DNA of 64,000 nucleotides, from positions 62,001 through 126,000 of the forward strand of contig AP039705.1 of assembly GCA_051599415.1 (NCBI GenBank), written 5' to 3'. The translations under genes were made by a program, and so were the position numbers. This document shows, piece by piece, positions 33,097 through 45,046 of the stretch. The stretch comes from Savitreella phatthalungensis (lineage: Eukaryota). Below the pieces are notes generated by a model that saw only the letters and a list, made by a program, of their open reading frames with translations, made no database searches and was not told the DNA's origin. The number at the start of each line of letters is the position of its first letter. Positions within the stretch are counted from its first letter, which is position 1.

Positions 33097-34455
33097 CTAG
33101 AGACGCTGTCTGTCTAGTGATGATCTGGCAAAGGCGGCTGCTCTAGCGACTGGTTGCCATAGCATGTGAGCGCCGGCGTTGATGATTGCTGCTGGCGAGG
33201 GCGATGGTGACCTTGCCGGTGGGTGTGTGGAGGTGGTATGGAGGAGGCCCGAAGGAGTGTGTCGTCTAGACAACATCTCTCCAGACTCGACCGCCTTCAG
33301 GTGCTGATAGTCGTCCGGCCGGTGTGTGAAGTAGTCGCGGAAGGCGGCGACGGCTGATCCAGTGGTCGGGGAGTGCGAGCCGGAGGAGGATGGCGGAGCG
33401 GCGGTCGAGGAGGATGAGGCGGTGTCTAACTTCTCGTACGAGCCGCGACCGTCGCGGTCCGAGGTGAAGAAGGCTGATGCTTCTGCGTCGTACGCTTGGC
33501 TGGTAGGGTTGGTGGACGATAAACGACGACGCCGCAGACGGCGCTGTTGCTGGAGGCGTTGGGAGAGTAGCCAGAGTCCCGCAATCGCCGATAGACCAAT
33601 CACCCAGCCGAGGACGAACAGGGCGACCCAGTGTCGTTTCATCCAAAAGAACAGGCCAGAGTCGCCGTCATGCCAAGACGAGCCTTGATAGTGGAGGAAG
33701 AAGGACCACGGTTTGCCCATATACTCGTCCGCCCACAAGATCCTAACGACATCGCGCTCGGCATCTGCGTATGGCTGCCGCTTGTACCAGAGCCATACGA
33801 GCGACAGGAAGAGAGGGCCCGTGGACGCCATCACCGTCAGGTACGGCATGTGCCAGGATCTCCGCATCGGCTTCAATTGCTCGACAGCGGCACGGAAGAA
33901 TGGATGACCTGGGACGGCACCCATGATGTCGTTCGAGATTCCTGTTGGTCGAGTCTTCCGGACGAATGCACCATACGTCAGCAGGGGATCAAGTGATCGG
34001 GCACAGCCGTCATCGAGGTCGATGTAGATGCCGCCGTAGTGTAAAAGGATAAAGTACCGGATCGCATCTGCGCGCTGAATGTTGTACGCGTACTTGTCGA
34101 ATGTATCTAGAAACCAGGTGTATTCACGAGCGATGAAATCTCGGGAGGATGCGTCAGTCCACAGCTTGTACTCGTAGCCGTTGGCTGGCGTGTGCAGGTC
34201 GAGACAGGTCTGCTGTGGCTCGCGCCAGATCTCCGGGATCGTCTCGTTCTTCCACGTTTGATGGATGATCTTCGGAATCCGCTGCGTGCCGATGTCGTGA
34301 TCATTGGTCGAGTTGACGCCGGGGATCTCGAATGATTTGATGGCGTCACTTGCGCCTGTATCTACCAGCAAAACAAGCAGCCATCTGACAGAATAGACAA
34401 GTGATCCCAGGATGAGTGCCTGGCAGAGGATGAAGATGCCGACTGATCTGCGCAT
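33097..34455 (-). CDS. SUR1: Mannosylinositol phosphorylceramide synthase, Sur1/Csg1/Imt family (GT32)
   Basis: IPKIIHQTWK, NIQRADAIRYFIL, GGIYIDLDDGC, PTGISNDIMG, PYLTVMASTGPLFLS, GSSWH. N-terminal and C-terminal TM segments. Confidence 0.93.
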   Translation of the reverse strand: MRRSVGIFILCQALILGSLVYSVRWLLVLLVDTGASDAIKSFEIPGVNSTNDHDIGTQRIPKIIHQTWKNETIPEIWREPQQTCLDLHTPANGYEYKLWTDASSRDFIAREYTWFLDTFDKYAYNIQRADAIRYFILLHYGGIYIDLDDGCARSLDPLLTYGAFVRKTRPTGISNDIMGAVPGHPFFRAAVEQLKPMRRSWHMPYLTVMASTGPLFLSLVWLWYKRQPYADAERDVVRILWADEYMGKPWSFFLHYQGSSWHDGDSGLFFWMKRHWVALFVLGWVIGLSAIAGLWLLSQRLQQQRRLRRRRLSSTNPTSQAYDAEASAFFTSDRDGRGSYEKLDTASSSSTAAPPSSSGSHSPTTGSAVAAFRDYFTHRPDDYQHLKAVESGEMLSRRHTPSGLLHTTSTHPPARSPSPSPAAIINAGAHMLWQPVARAAAFARSSLDRQRL

Positions 34456-35434
34456 CGGTATGAATCTGCAGGAATGCGCGTGGGAGGATGTGGAAGGTCG
34501 AATGAATGACTTAAGGTCGCGGCGCTACTATTCAGATGGTACCGGGCGCGGATGTCGCGTTGGGAATGTCCGGCCGAGAAGTGGGACCGACACCGAACAG
34601 ATATGAAGGACGAATAGGCGAGTTTCTCGAAGCGTTTTCAAGCGCTCTCGTGTCAATTTGTTGCTTTCTGTGTCGCGCGGCAAGTGTCTGAGCTACACAC
34701 GTGCGATTCGGGGAATGATAACGTCTCCGGAGTTAGCACGAGACTTTGATCGATTGTCAAAGGATCAGGCTGCCTGGAGTGGATGTATACACCTCTCTCG
34801 GCGTGTCGAAAAGCTTGGGCAGATCAGACCTCAGAGGGCTGAGCTGTAAGAGCGGACCTGGCGCAGTGCAGAGCGAATGATTGTTGTTGGGGGGGCAGGG
34901 TGTATATAAGGATGGGAGTAGGAGCAAAGGAACTGATATGAGGTGTTGTACTGTACTGATCGTATTTGTCCTCGATGACTGTAAGTTTTGAAGCAAAAGG
35001 ATCGGCTGACTCCGTGATTTTGTGATCGAGAACGTATGCGTTTGGACGTTGGAGAAGTTATAGGATGAGATCAGAGAGTGACTTGGTGAGTAATGTTATA
35101 CTGGCTGTTGACCCTTGTGAGAGTATGAGAATGTGCGTGTGCGCGCGGTGCGTGTAAGTCTTGGTATGATAGGTACTCTGGTACTCACTCTCACACTCAC
35201 TCTGACTTGCACTGACTCTTGACACTGACTCACGAGGGCGTGCTGGCGCGCGTGTCGTTGGCGTGCTTGGCAGACAAGTGCGTGACTGATGTCTGGTGTC
35301 TGGCCCTGGATCCGGTATCCAAAGTCTCTGTTCCGTAGAAGAGGAATGTCAGGTGAGGTAAGAGATGTGATGAGTGTGACTGTGAGACAGAAAGGGAAGA
35401 GAAGGTGAGGTGATACAGATGAATGATGATCGTA

Positions 35435-35672
35435 GCGTGTGTGTGTGTGAGAGTGTGAGTGTGAGTGTGAGTGAGTGTATGACAATGAATGACCTGTACA
35501 GAGACGTGCCTATTCTTGTCTCGTGCTGTGCTGTTTTTACCTAGGGTGAATAGACCGTGCTCAGCTCAGCTCTATCCATTGTGCAAAGTGACCAGGTGGG
35601 TGGGTTCAGTATCGAGAGAGAGAGAGTGAGAGTAAGAGAGAGAGACACACACACACTCACAGAAACACACAT
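35435..35672. repeat. (GT)n/(GTGA)n and (GA)n/(CA)n microsatellites
   Basis: Visible at 35437-35478 and 35613-35670. Confidence 0.8.
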
Positions 35673-37746
35673 TCAGTCTGAAGTAGGAGAAAGTTGAGAG
35701 AGAGAGGTATGAAGGAAGGGAAGGAAGGCAAGGTGTGTATGATCGACCCTGATCACTCTCTCCATAGATTCAAGCAAGATTTCGAACCTCGAACGTTTGG
35801 GAGTTTCAGGTTTTGACGGTGGACAGGTTGTGGGTATGAATTTAACTAGTCTGAGATACAATCTGACTTGCTCTCTACCTTTCCTCTTTTCCCAATTCCC
35901 AGATGTCTTGTATCTGAACCAAGTGAATTTCAAGTCTTGGCATTTTCCCTCGTTGCAAGCCAAGATTTTATCGATTTTTCGAAGATTCATTCACCCCTCA
36001 GTTTCAATGTCGAAATGGAAAATGTGATTGTGGCGCCCATGGAAGTCTAATCTCTTCCCGCCAATCATAAAAGAGTCCGTGCATCCACCTGAAACGTATC
36101 AGACTCCAGGCAGTATAGGGTCAAGCGAGGCCACGGTGAAATCTTTGAGGACCCAGAGACTGGAAGCACTGGGGCGCTACAGCCAAAACAGCATGTGAAT
36201 GCATGAAATCCCCTTTACATGGCTCTGAGCTAGCTCACTCTGAAATGGCTAGACCTCGGGCAACTTTCTTATTACCTCACATGAAAATCTCTTGTGCTTC
36301 CTCTCACTGTCTTTAAGCGCGTTCTCGGCCAGTCGGAGGTTATCTGCCTCCCGGGGGATTCTTGTTATGCTAATTCTCTCCGAGGACTTTCAGAGTTTGT
36401 AGTTGCATACCTAGGGCTAGAGCACTGTGAAAATGCTCGGATATCGGTCACGGACAGGAGTGATGCAATTACACCGAGCATTACTGGGCGGCCATGTCGT
36501 TTGCCAGTGCGCAAACTACGAGGAGTTCGAGTGAAGGAAAGTTCACTCAATAGCATTGACGAGAGTAGCCTGGCAGCTATCAGTCCGAGTAGCGAATGGT
36601 CAAGCGAGAAAGTGACGTGTTTTCCGATGACCCGGCCTTCTTCCCGTCAATCTTCGCGCACTGCTACACGGACTGTCAGATGATACGCTCGTGCTTTTAG
36701 AGTGGAATTGCATCTGTTCATTTTGCGTGTTCCCGCAACAGCCATGCTCATTTTCACTTTCCTCCTCTACCTCTCGACCTCTGTCAACCGGCTCCAGGTG
36801 CAATAGACTCAAGCGATCAAAGTGCATCATTTCCTGGTTGACCTGTCATTTTTTGTTTTGTTCTAAATTAGAGTTGGCTCCATCTGGAGATCTGGAAATA
36901 CACGAACCGAAGTTCAGGTAGCCACACACTCATGATGCGCTCCACCTTTCATATTAGGTAAATCTACACTCTGTCAGAGCTCCTTGGTACAATATTGTCC
37001 TACCCCGATCTTTCCTGCCATGGCTTCGAGCAACATGACGACACAAATAGGCTAATCCACCAATAAACTCCAAAAGCATATTCACGTCTATGCGCTATGG
37101 GCTTCCAGTACAAAGGCGCACCGCTCATCTGGTCCTCTACCAAGATCTGCTCATCGATGAGCGCATCACTCCGTGCACTCGAAAATTTCAGTACCGATGA
37201 TTCTTGGGATGGCATGATGTCAATCCAAATTGATTGATTGAGCCTCATTCGGAAAGCTCTTCACATACCTAGATATCCATACCAGTGGAGCATCATCTTT
37301 ACACACGTGAATTCGGTGAACGTGAACTCATCACAGCGTGATTTCGAGATCTGGTAGAGACATGTCTCGAAGTGCCCACATGCATTCAATGCATTCGTGT
37401 CTCGAACTTTTCTTTGTACCTGCGCAGAATAGCACATCAGTCAGTGCATCGACGTGATGTTTTACCTGCTCGAATCAGCAGTCGACAGGCCGTTCATCCG
37501 CTTCTTAATACGTGTGCATCATAGCCAGTATTCAGCGTATACGGGCAGTGATCAGATCAAATTGATTATCCAGTCTATAGGGATCGTGCGATCTAATTTG
37601 TCTGAGCATCCAGATCGATCATTATTTGCAAGCCTCAGAACGACAAACGACGTCAACGTCAACAGAGGCGTCCGTGTGTATCATTAGCACAATCAGGGGT
37701 ATCATCAGCATCGGCTGCAACCTGTAGCAAGTACCAGGGACATTTG

Positions 37747-38477
37747 ATGATCATGATGCTGCGCGGCCACCTGACTCATCCGAGAGGTTTCTACACATTC
37801 AGGAGTCTTCCCAGAAGATGCACGCCTTTATTGTCACGCTCTCTTGCAACACAGACTGAGACTAAGCCAACGCCGATACCTGATCCCAGCACGAGTCCAT
37901 CTCCACCCACAGATCAGCCAAAACGGTTGCCCAAGTGGGCACAGAAGTATGCAGACCGATTCAAAAACGTAAGCACAGCAGTCCTCCTTCGCTCCATAAT
38001 GCATCAAATTTACTGACACTCGTAGCACCCAACTTCACATATCACGAGTTTCTTGATCCTTCACGAGATCACCGCAGTGCTTCCACTGCCGCTACTCTTC
38101 TGGCTCTTTCACTCATTCGACTGGACACCGGAAAGTAAGCTCCCACACTTCCCTCGTGCCGGCGCCATCAAGTGCAATGGACTGACGTGTCTACTCTAGG
38201 TCTCGTGACGTCGTCCGAGTATGTGGAGAAGGGAGCTAAACTTGCAGCGAAACAACTGGAGCGATGGGGACTTCGGTATACAGGACCGGACGAGACACGA
38301 TACGTGTTTGAAGGTGCAGCTGCCTATGCCGTCGTCAAGGCACTGATGCCACTCAGAATCGCTCTCAGCTTTGCACTGACACCGGCTTTCGCCAGGCGCG
38401 TTGTCGTCCCAGTCGGTAATATCTTCAGGCGGAACAAGCGTCAGCAGCAGAACAGCCAGCCAGGTCAGAATATCTAG
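37747..38477 (+). CDS. MRX11: Mitochondrial FLILHELTA-domain protein (Mrx11-like), 3 exons
   Basis: Exons 37747-37968, 38026-38134, 38200-38477. Introns gtaagc..actgac..tag. Spliced product ..RFKN|HPTSHITSFLILHEITAVLPL..WTPE|SLVTSSEYVEKG..AYAVVKALMPLRIALSFALTPAFAR. Confidence 0.85.
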
Positions 38478-39003
38478 CCTAGCATGCGACAGGAATTTCT
38501 CCCAACGCAGGCAATCAACTGAGGAAGCAGAGCTTCAGACCACATGATCGAGCACGCGTTCTGCACACGCTCCCAAGCACGCGACTCCATGCTTGTATTG
38601 AGTAGATGAGATGCAATTCTCATGGACCGTATCAGCTGGAATGGTTACCTGCTTGAGCCGGACTTCGAAAGCGATGGACAACAAGAAAGGCAATTTGATG
38701 CATCCCTAACGAAGTCGTGATGGTGGTCTGAGCTGTGCGTACATATGATATACACATCCTCTGAAACGCGTGGCAAACAAAGGCGCAATTTCCCTTGTTT
38801 TCTCCTGCACACTCGTCAAGCAGACTAACAATGACATCACTCGTGTAAGAGCAAGAAAAGACACAGCATGTCAGGACTAAATCAATCGAAAGAACATGTA
38901 CTTGTGTATAAACATATAAGAAGCCATTGCCCGTCCTCTGTCCACGAAAGTCTCTCAACTCACTACTCGATCGTTAAATCCGCTCATTCTTCAGGTGAGT
39001 CGG

Positions 39004-39040
39004 TCAATCAATCAATCAATCGATCAATCAATCAATCACT
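39004..39040. repeat. (TCAA)n microsatellite
   Basis: tcaatcaatcaatcaatcgatcaatcaatcaatca. Confidence 0.8.
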
Positions 39041-39420
39041 TTTAAACTTTACACACTCGATCGGCTGTGGTAAACATGTGCTGAAATCAATGAATGCAGA
39101 ATAAACCTAAATCAAGTTGCAAACAACCACTAAACATGTATTCCTGCATCCATCCACCTGCAGCTCTGCCGTCAATCAATCAATCATCCCTCTTTACCGC
39201 TTCATCAGTATAGCACAAACACTACACACAAAGGACGACGACAATCACATCAAGGTTGCATCGTCTTTATCAACAGCACATCTCCACCAGATCAAACATC
39301 TGACACGCGCTAGACGCTGTTCGCTTGACCTTGGCAATCTCTGCGCAGCGTCTCAGAGTCTATTTACTAAGTAGTCACCTCCGGAACCAAGAACAAGACC
39401 TATACAGGCGAGCGCGCGCC

Positions 39421-41243
39421 ATGGGCGGAGCATGCGCCTCATGCTGTGGAGGTATGACCACACATTTGAGTATCTAACAGGTCATATTCTGACATCATTG
39501 TCACAGGAAAATCACAGAACGGTTTATACGAACCCCTGCTCGAGGATCGCGAACGTGAAGCCGTTTCTGATCTTCTCCAATTTCTCGAAAATGTAAGCAG
39601 GACTCTGACTTCATACGTCGTTCCAGCGTCATGACTAACTCTTCCAGCGCGCAGACGTCAACTTCTATGCGGGAGAACCACTCAGAGCGCTTACAACGCT
39701 CGTGTACTCTGACAATGTCGACCTGCAGCGAAGCGCCGCACTCGCATTCGCCGAAATCACTGAGAAGGACGTACGGGAGGTCGACAAGGATACACTGGAG
39801 CCTATTCTATTCCTGCTGCAGAGTCAGGACGCAGAACTTCAGCGTGCTGCTGGAGCGGCACTTGGCAACCTCGCTGTCAACACGGAGAACAAGGTGGCCA
39901 TTGTCTCGCTCGGTGGACTTGAACCCCTGATCCGGCAGATGCTGAGCACGAACGTCGAGGTCCAGTGCAACGCTGTAGGCTGCATAACGAACCTGGCAAC
40001 TCATGATGACAACAAGGCAAAGATCGCCAGGTCAGGCGCGCTCGTGCCTCTGACGCGATTGGCAAAGTCGCGCGATATGCGTGTCCAGCGCAACGCGACA
40101 GGCGCCTTGCTCAACATGACTCACTCTGACGAGAATCGGCAGCAGCTCGTAAGCGCAGGTGCAATCCCTGCTCTTGTCTCGCTTCTCAACTCTTCAGACA
40201 CAGACGTCCAGTACTACTGCACCACCGCCCTTTCCAACATCGCAGTCGACGAGGTCAACCGCAAGAAGCTCGCCCAGTCGGAACCACGACTTGTCCAATC
40301 ACTTGTAGGACTCATGGATTCTTCCTCACCGAAAGTGCAATGTCAGGCGGCACTAGCGCTCCGCAACCTCGCATCAGATGACAAGTACCAGCTTGAGATT
40401 GTGCGCGCAAACGGTCTACCACCACTCTACCGCCTGCTCCAGTCGACCTACTTGCCGCTCATTCTCTCTTCTGTCGCCTGCATCCGCAACATCTCCATCC
40501 ACCCGCTCAACGAAGCACCAATCATCGACTACAACTTTGTTCCGCACCTGATCGAGCTGCTGTGTTCGACAGAGCACGAGGAAGTGCAATGTCACGCGGC
40601 ATCGACCTTGCGCAACCTGGCAGCCACGTCAGAGCGCAACAAGCGGATCATCGTCGAGGCTGGCGTCGTGCAAAAGTGTAAAGACAAGATTCTGGACGTG
40701 CCCCTGAGTGTGCAATCGGAGATGACAGCTTGCATCGCCGTCCTCGCACTCAGCGACGAGCTCAAGTCCCAGCTGCTGTCACTTGGCATTGCAGACGTCC
40801 TCATCCCGCTCACCTCTTCCTCGTCTATCGAAGTCCAAGGCAACTCGGCAGCGGCGCTCGGCAACCTGTCCTCTAAAGTGGACGACTACCGCGCGTTCGT
40901 CAAGGCCTGGACGACGCCAGAAGGTGGCGTCAGAGCATACCTCCGCCGCTTCCTCGATTCTGACGACACCACCTTCAGACACATCGCAGTCTGGACCTTG
41001 CTTCAGCTACTCGAGTCACAAGACCAGAAACTCCTAGCACTCGCATCAGACTCGCCAGAGATCAAACGCTCGCTTGAGAAACTCTCGAACCTGACTCCTC
41101 CAACCCGCACGGCAGACCGACCTTCAAACGAGAACGAGGACGAGGAAGGGGACGATGACATTGAAGGTGAGCAGGAAGTAGTCTTCCTTGCATCCCGGTG
41201 TCTGGAGCTTCTTCGTGAGGGTGGGACGACCACGCTGTCCTAA
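39421..41243 (+). CDS. VAC8: Vacuolar armadillo-repeat protein Vac8, 3 exons
   Basis: Exons 39421-39451, 39507-39592, 39648-41243. Spliced N-terminus [45 protein letters not shown] carries the myristoylation Gly and palmitoylation Cys. ARM repeats such as [13 protein letters not shown] and [15 protein letters not shown]. Confidence 0.97.
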
Positions 41244-41318
41244 CAAGGGTCTAGCCTTCATCATAGCATTAATTCCTCTCACTCTTTACAAAAAACCCAT
41301 CATTCTTATTCTTATCCT

Positions 41319-43535
41319 TCACTCGATCGGCAACGTCGTCCTGCACACAGGACATCTCAATCTCCTTGCCAACCAGCCTCTCAGACAAGGCGCGTGGAAC
41401 AAGTGGTTACACGGCGTCAGCATAAACGCTCGACTACCCAACCTCATCTGCGTCTCACTCGATACCACTCCCTCACAGACCAACCCCTTCCCATCATCTC
41501 CAAGCACACCACTCTCCCACAACCGAGTACTCGGACATGGGATCTCCATCGCACTCATACAGATCGGGCATGATTCCAACTCTTGCTGCTGCTTGTCGGA
41601 CGCGGGTGGATGGATTCCAATCGCTGCTTCAGAGTGATCCGGTGGGTGAAGTGGGAGGCCAGCACGCTTTCTGATGGCTGGGACGAGGTTGTGGTAGTCG
41701 AATGGATGCGGGTAGGGTGTGAAGAATGTGTTGTGGAAGAGGGATGGGATGAACCAGCGAGGGCCTAGGAGTTCCTGGGAGAGGAGGACGATGGATTGGA
41801 AGAGCAGGTGGGCGACGAGGAGGAGGGCGTCTGGGGAGAACGGGGAGGCTGAGGGAAGGTGGAAGACGTTGTGAGGGAATGCGAGGACGTAGAAGGCAGG
41901 GAGAGAGCGAAGGAGGCCGAGGATGATGATGTGGGTCGCCAGGGGAAGTTGAGGTCGGTGACCACGAATGACGAGTCGCACAATCGCTGGAAAGATCGAC
42001 GAGTTGCCAGCAAGGCATAATACCAGGATGCACAATCGTCGAGGGGCAGGTGACAGGTGCGAGATTCCGAGACTGCCACCGAGCAATCCAAATAGCGCAA
42101 TGTAGAACCAGAAGTACACGACCCCGAATGCTCGACGCTCCTGCTCGGCCTCCGAGATCGGCGCCACAGGTGGGTCGGGCGTGGGAGTGGGAGATGCAGG
42201 AAGGTTGCGAGGGGTGCGGAGGGGGTTTGTGATGGGAAGTTGGTCGATGGGTGTCTGTGCGGGTTGAGGTGGAGGTGGTGGTGGTGGTGTTGGGGTCTGG
42301 TTTTGTGGCAGCTGGCGCTGCATTTTGAAGATGAGCAGGAGCATGCGCAATCCAATGACGCCGATCTGGAGGACGAGGATGAAGCAGAGGGTGAATGACT
42401 GGAGGAGGAGGTGTTTATTGGCGATGGCGATGATGAGTGCGCCGATCGCCAGGTATCCGTCACTCAAAGTTCCACCCGCTGCCCACCAGAACGACAGCCT
42501 CGCAAGCGACGACGCCGTCAGCACTCCCATCAGCCGCACATTCACCCACAGCAGCAGTCCTGCAACGGCAGCACCAAACAGCACGTGATTTTGAGCGCGC
42601 TCACGCACGTGGATCGTTCTCGGCCCGGTTGTCTCCACTTCGATCGAGAAGGCGCACGGGTCGGTGGCGAGGTGCTCGGTCGCATTTCCACCAGAGCGAG
42701 CCCAGGTATGCATGGATGCGGTGACGGGCTGCATGGTCGTGTGTGGACGTCCTTGGTGATCAAGGTACTCGAGCTCGGTCATTTCAAAGTCTGAGATTTG
42801 ACCGTACTGCCGATGTACCTGGACTGCAGCATAAATGGAACAGGAAGGTTCGTCGGGCTCGTCAAGTGCTGCAAACAGACCCTCTGCCAAGCGCTCACTC
42901 AAGATCTTCACAGCGGTGTCCCTGACCTCGTAGTATACGGACTCAGACTGGACGAGGGACGGGACCATTGTCAGTCCATGCGTTCCATTTCGATCTGCCG
43001 CCAGCCAGATCTGACCTGTGCGGGTGTCGTGGAGTCCCTCCAATGTGATCTCCCGCGTCTGCCATCCCGACGGAGAGGCATACCAGGCCCTGAGTCTGAC
43101 CTCAGACAAGTTGCCATGCCGCTTGTCGCTCAGGAGATGTGTACTGACCTGACCGTGTCGGGCGCCCTGCCTGAAGAAGTGGGCAAGGGTGTTTGGGAGG
43201 GAGTCGTTTTCGTGCGGTGCGCCGACGTGGGGACGCCAGCTACCCATTGGATAGGATGATACGTCCTTGTATAGCGGTAGAGAGCTATCTAGATCGTACT
43301 GTCGTGTTAGCTTGGCTATCCGGGTGAGGTCATCGTCGCTTGCAAGCCTTTGCCGTTGCGCGAATGTTTGATTGGCGAGAGTCTGGATGTCTAGAAGGGA
43401 TCTGGCGCGGCGCTCCTTGATCACTTCTTCGTCCTGGTCGAGAACGCCTCTAGCGGGACCGCTACCGGATGTGAAGAGGTAGAGGATGAGGAGTGTGAGG
43501 ACGAAGCGGTAGATATTGGGGGCTACGCGGTCCAT
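41319..43535 (-). CDS. TUL1: Golgi transmembrane RING-H2 E3 ligase Dsc1/Tul1
   Basis: N-terminal signal, lumenal domain, about seven TM segments, SQELLGPRWFIP, C-terminal CPICM..MLTPCNHLFHAPCLRGW..CPVCR. Confidence 0.88.
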   Translation of the reverse strand: MDRVAPNIYRFVLTLLILYLFTSGSGPARGVLDQDEEVIKERRARSLLDIQTLANQTFAQRQRLASDDDLTRIAKLTRQYDLDSSLPLYKDVSSYPMGSWRPHVGAPHENDSLPNTLAHFFRQGARHGQVSTHLLSDKRHGNLSEVRLRAWYASPSGWQTREITLEGLHDTRTGQIWLAADRNGTHGLTMVPSLVQSESVYYEVRDTAVKILSERLAEGLFAALDEPDEPSCSIYAAVQVHRQYGQISDFEMTELEYLDHQGRPHTTMQPVTASMHTWARSGGNATEHLATDPCAFSIEVETTGPRTIHVRERAQNHVLFGAAVAGLLLWVNVRLMGVLTASSLARLSFWWAAGGTLSDGYLAIGALIIAIANKHLLLQSFTLCFILVLQIGVIGLRMLLLIFKMQRQLPQNQTPTPPPPPPPQPAQTPIDQLPITNPLRTPRNLPASPTPTPDPPVAPISEAEQERRAFGVVYFWFYIALFGLLGGSLGISHLSPAPRRLCILVLCLAGNSSIFPAIVRLVIRGHRPQLPLATHIIILGLLRSLPAFYVLAFPHNVFHLPSASPFSPDALLLVAHLLFQSIVLLSQELLGPRWFIPSLFHNTFFTPYPHPFDYHNLVPAIRKRAGLPLHPPDHSEAAIGIHPPASDKQQQELESCPICMSAMEIPCPSTRLWESGVLGDDGKGLVCEGVVSSETQMRLGSRAFMLTPCNHLFHAPCLRGWLARRLRCPVCRTTLPIE

Positions 43536-44490
43536 TTTGGGATGTTTTGCGCGCGCGCGTCAGTATGAAGGTTACACTAGTGAGGTCGAATGAGCGCCAT
43601 TGTCAAGACAGATGACACGGAGGGCTATGCAAGTGTCGGCATTCCGTGAAGGAGTATGAACCTTGGCATTTGCACAGTATGAAGCTTGCTAGGTAGGACG
43701 TGTTGTACAGTTAATTGGTAAAGGAAGTGCATCCATGGCTGGAGTTCACGTGAAGGTGGATGCAATCTTGCGTCACTTAATTGCTGAACAATGGCACGTG
43801 AGTCGCTCAAGTGCACGTGACGGTACGAACGGACTGGAAAAAAGTTACACGTGTACAGGGATAAACTTTTGCAATTTCATTCAGTCACCTTCTGCTGTCA
43901 CTGTACTGTCTGCTGTCAGTGTCTGAAGAGTGAGTGGATCGAGAGGATATCATCGTGGATGCATAAAAATCGAATTTCAACATTTTGTGCCTCGGAGACG
44001 CCAGTTGAAAGTATTCATCCCGAATCTGATTCAAACAGATGGTGAAACTGAGATTGTATACCAGAGATACTGTTTGAAACTCCGCATGGCAGATTCCTTT
44101 CACAGCGTGTAGATGGACCTGGAAATTCCAGCTGTAAATAGATTCGAGGAATCCGGGTCGGTTTACCTGTCTCCGATGTCAAACAGCAATCAACCTGATG
44201 CAAGTCAACGAGTGAATTCTGGTGGGCCTGTTCTTGCCATTGAATTTCATGCCTGTCACAGATATAAATTGTGTTAGGACAGGGTAGTACAGAAGAGAAC
44301 CAATCCCCTTTCTTTCAAAGGAACAATCCATCTACTATCAAACCTGATCTGAATTTGAATCCTCAACCACAGTGTTCTCTTTCTCTTCACTCTCTACTCT
44401 CAGCTGTCAAAGGTGGTGGGTGGAACTGCAGGAGACCAAACATTGATGGCAGCTACATCAATAACGTGAATACAGTCCCTCCGAAATATA

Positions 44491-44565
44491 CTCAATCACT
44501 GGACTCAACAATCACTAGACTCATTCATTATAGTCAGTCACTAGACTCAATCACTACTAGACTCA
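44491..44565. repeat. Four imperfect copies of TCACTAGACTCA upstream of NDE1
   Basis: tcactggactca, tcactagactca, tcactagactca, ctactagactca with irregular spacing. Confidence 0.7.
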
Positions 44566-45046
44566 GATCTACCCAGTCTCTCTCTAATCAGCGGTCAGCA
44601 ATATAGTTGTTCCTCTCTTTCTTCTTTCCGACGGAGGTTTAAGATAATCCAGAATTCTTCCTGTGCTTCCTCCTCCTCAAATCCTTTTACAATAGATTCA
44701 GGCGAATAAGCAGTGTACAATCAATCAAAGTAGAGTGACGATACGTATCGTACGTACAATCATTCCTTCGTTCGTTCGTGCATACCCGCTCTTCTCTCTT
44801 GGTCACGACAACTCACAACCGTTCAATCACCGTCTCCCTGTCTGTAGGCGTGTCTGTAGGTGTGTAGGTGTGCCTAGAGGTCTGTAGGTGACACGCTCTC
44901 GGTCAATCACTTCCACTCACACTGTCCTCTCACAGAGCCCACACATCCTCCAACCACACAACCGTCACCACCACCAAAACTCTATTTCTCGTTCGATCTC
45001 TCGCCCTCGCACAAACACAGTCAGCCGATCACCATCACAAAGAGCC

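Noticed and set aside
44491..44565. Possible CRISPR-like repeat-spacer array
   Set aside because: Repeats are only 12 bp, spacers are short and irregular, the context is eukaryotic, and there are no cas genes.
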